DNA of 33,489 nucleotides from Chloroflexota bacterium (GTDB lineage Bacteria; Chloroflexota; Dehalococcoidia; UBA2247; RBG-13-53-26): NCBI GenBank assembly GCA_003650185.1, contig QMOF01000001.1, positions 1 to 33,489 of the forward strand, read 5' to 3'. Shown piece by piece: positions 32,320 to 33,489 of this stretch (position 1 is its first letter; each line of letters starts with the position of its first letter). The notes under the pieces were generated by a model. It saw only the letters and a program-made list of their open reading frames with translations, ran no database searches and was not told where the DNA came from. The position numbers and the translations under genes were made by a program.

Positions 32320-33222
32320 ATGGATAAGAAACTAGAGGGCAAGAGTGCAGTGGTTACCGGGGCAGGTAGGGGGATCGGCAGGGCGGTGGCCCTGGAGCTG
32401 GCACGCCACGGCGCGAAGGTAGTGGTCTGCGACGTGGGTGGGTCCAGGGCAGGCGAAGGGTCTGACGTGGGGCCGGCACAGGAGGTAGTGTCGGAGATTA
32501 AGGCGAGTGGAGGGGAGGCCATTCCCAGCACCGAATCAGTGACAGATTTTGCTGCTGCCGAGCGTATCGTCAAGACCTGCGTGGACACCTTTGGCCGTGT
32601 TGACATTCTGGTCAACTGCGCTGGCATCCTCCGCGACCGCATGGTCTTCAACATGTCAGAGGAGGAATGGGACGCAGTCATCGCTGTCCACCTCAAGGGG
32701 ACATTCAATATGGTCCGCCACGCCTCTCGAGCCATGAGAGAGCAAAAGTGGGGCCGAATAGTCAATACCACCTCTGATGCATGGCGGGGTAGCCCGGGGC
32801 AGCCCAACTACAGTGCTGCCAAAGGAGGCATCGTCAGCCTGACGCGTACGGTTGCTGGGTCACTCGGCAAGTACAACGTCACCGCGAATGCAATCGCCCC
32901 CATCGCATCGACCAGGATGACCATGGACGACGAGGTGAAGGAGAGGTTCACCAAGCTTTACGAAGCTGGCATGATGACCAAAGACCAGTTCGATGAACTG
33001 CTCAATATGCCCGGTCCCGAGTATGTGGCTCCCGTGGTTGCCTACCTCTGCACGGATGAAGCAGCCATGATTACCGGGAAGGTCATCGGTTGCGGCGGCG
33101 GCCGGGTAGCGCTTTACTCCGATCCGGTAGAGATAAGGGGCCTTTACAGAGATCACGTCAAAGACGGTGCGTGGACAGTAGAGGAGCTTATCAAGCTGGT
33201 GCCAAAGACGCTGCTTGCCTAG
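32320..33222 (+). CDS. SDR-family oxidoreductase, MFE-2/Hsd17b4-type (R)-3-hydroxyacyl-CoA dehydrogenase-like
   Basis: 300 aa. It has TGAGRGIGRA (the TGxxxGxG motif), VNCAGILRD, the catalytic S...YSAAK, and the VCDVGG...G......A..VV.EI pattern typical of MFE-2-type dehydrogenases. AAGGAGG SD. Confidence 0.9.
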   Translation: MDKKLEGKSAVVTGAGRGIGRAVALELARHGAKVVVCDVGGSRAGEGSDVGPAQEVVSEIKASGGEAIPSTESVTDFAAAERIVKTCVDTFGRVDILVNCAGILRDRMVFNMSEEEWDAVIAVHLKGTFNMVRHASRAMREQKWGRIVNTTSDAWRGSPGQPNYSAAKGGIVSLTRTVAGSLGKYNVTANAIAPIASTRMTMDDEVKERFTKLYEAGMMTKDQFDELLNMPGPEYVAPVVAYLCTDEAAMITGKVIGCGGGRVALYSDPVEIRGLYRDHVKDGAWTVEELIKLVPKTLLA

Positions 33223-33268
33223 CCTTGCGCCTTCCGAGCGCGAGTGATCGCAGCCCGGTCCGTTTTGG

Positions 33269-33292
33269 CGCGACAGACTCCTGTCTGTCGCG
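33269..33292 (+). terminator. hairpin downstream of the SDR gene
   Basis: CGCGACAGA (33269-33277), a 6-nt loop, TCTGTCGCG (33284-33292). No U tract follows. Confidence 0.35.
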
Positions 33293-33437
33293 GAGGTAGC
33301 TATTGGGTTGATGGCGCTGGCTGGTGCTTTGTTGGTGAGATGAAAGGGTTGACCCGTCAGACCGGATGTTTGCCTGTGCGAATGGCTGGCTGTGTCGCGG
33401 GTTGACGGTAGGGCAGCATGTGCAAAAGGAGGTCAAA

Positions 33438-33489
33438 GTGAGTGCGGCGGAAGATACTGAAGTGAAGATTCCACCAGGAAGAGAGTTCC
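33438..33489 (+). CDS. start of an unidentified gene (runs off window)
   Basis: AAAGGAGG lies 5 nt upstream of GTG 33438. The frame is open to the window end (VSAAEDTEVKIPPGREF...). Confidence 0.35.
   Translation, partial: MSAAEDTEVKIPPGREF

Noticed and set aside
1-33489. CRISPR arrays, IS elements, integrases, prophage ends or att duplications near the tRNA
   Set aside because: No transposase- or integrase-like ORF was seen. No regularly spaced repeat array was seen. I noticed no second copy of the tRNA 3' half. An exhaustive repeat search would need software.

Overview
This is a GC-rich bacterial chromosomal window with strong AGGAGG-type ribosome-binding sites. The phylum cannot be determined from sequence alone. 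It falls into three blocks.

(1) 1-10.7 kb, all on the minus strand: the 5' half of an extracellular contractile injection system (eCIS, Afp/PVC-like) operon that runs off the left edge. In transcription order it encodes:
- a SARP/BTAD regulator
- a small ORF
- an Afp15-like AAA+ ATPase
- a DUF4157 metallopeptidase-like protein
- a hypothetical protein sharing the DUF4157 protein's N-terminal leader
- a DUF4255 (Afp16-like) cap
- a sheath
- a tube
- a two-frame tail-assembly-chaperone pair
- a second tube
- a truncated ORF

Three observations here seem new. There is a canonical -1 frameshift cassette (G GGG GGG plus hairpin) in the chaperone pair. Phased direct repeats (11/22 bp) lie in front of the operon and of the regulator gene. 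A leader motif (GNAYVQRLL) is shared by two adjacent candidate cargo proteins.

(2) 10.7-22.9 kb: mixed housekeeping genes. On the minus strand these are MarR, a CooT-like Ni-binding protein, a GalT-like protein, a perfect CIRCE operator driving an fmdB-like gene plus dnaJ, EthD, an OYE/2,4-dienoyl-CoA-reductase-like flavoenzyme and tRNA(CAU). On the plus strand are mnmG, an amidohydrolase and folC.

(3) 23.0-33.2 kb: an acyl-CoA metabolic island. It contains an archaeal-style DUF35/thiolase/HMG-CoA-synthase-like trio in which the synthase catalytic Glu appears replaced. It also contains MeaB and two paralogous, strongly divergent B12-dependent acyl-CoA mutase large subunits flanking a single B12-binding subunit. 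A near-consensus promoter then drives a ~420-nt structured leader (weak cobalamin-riboswitch-like motifs). Downstream of that leader are a CdhB-like protein, a hypothetical protein and an MFE-2-type SDR.

No transposase, integrase, CRISPR array or rRNA was seen.
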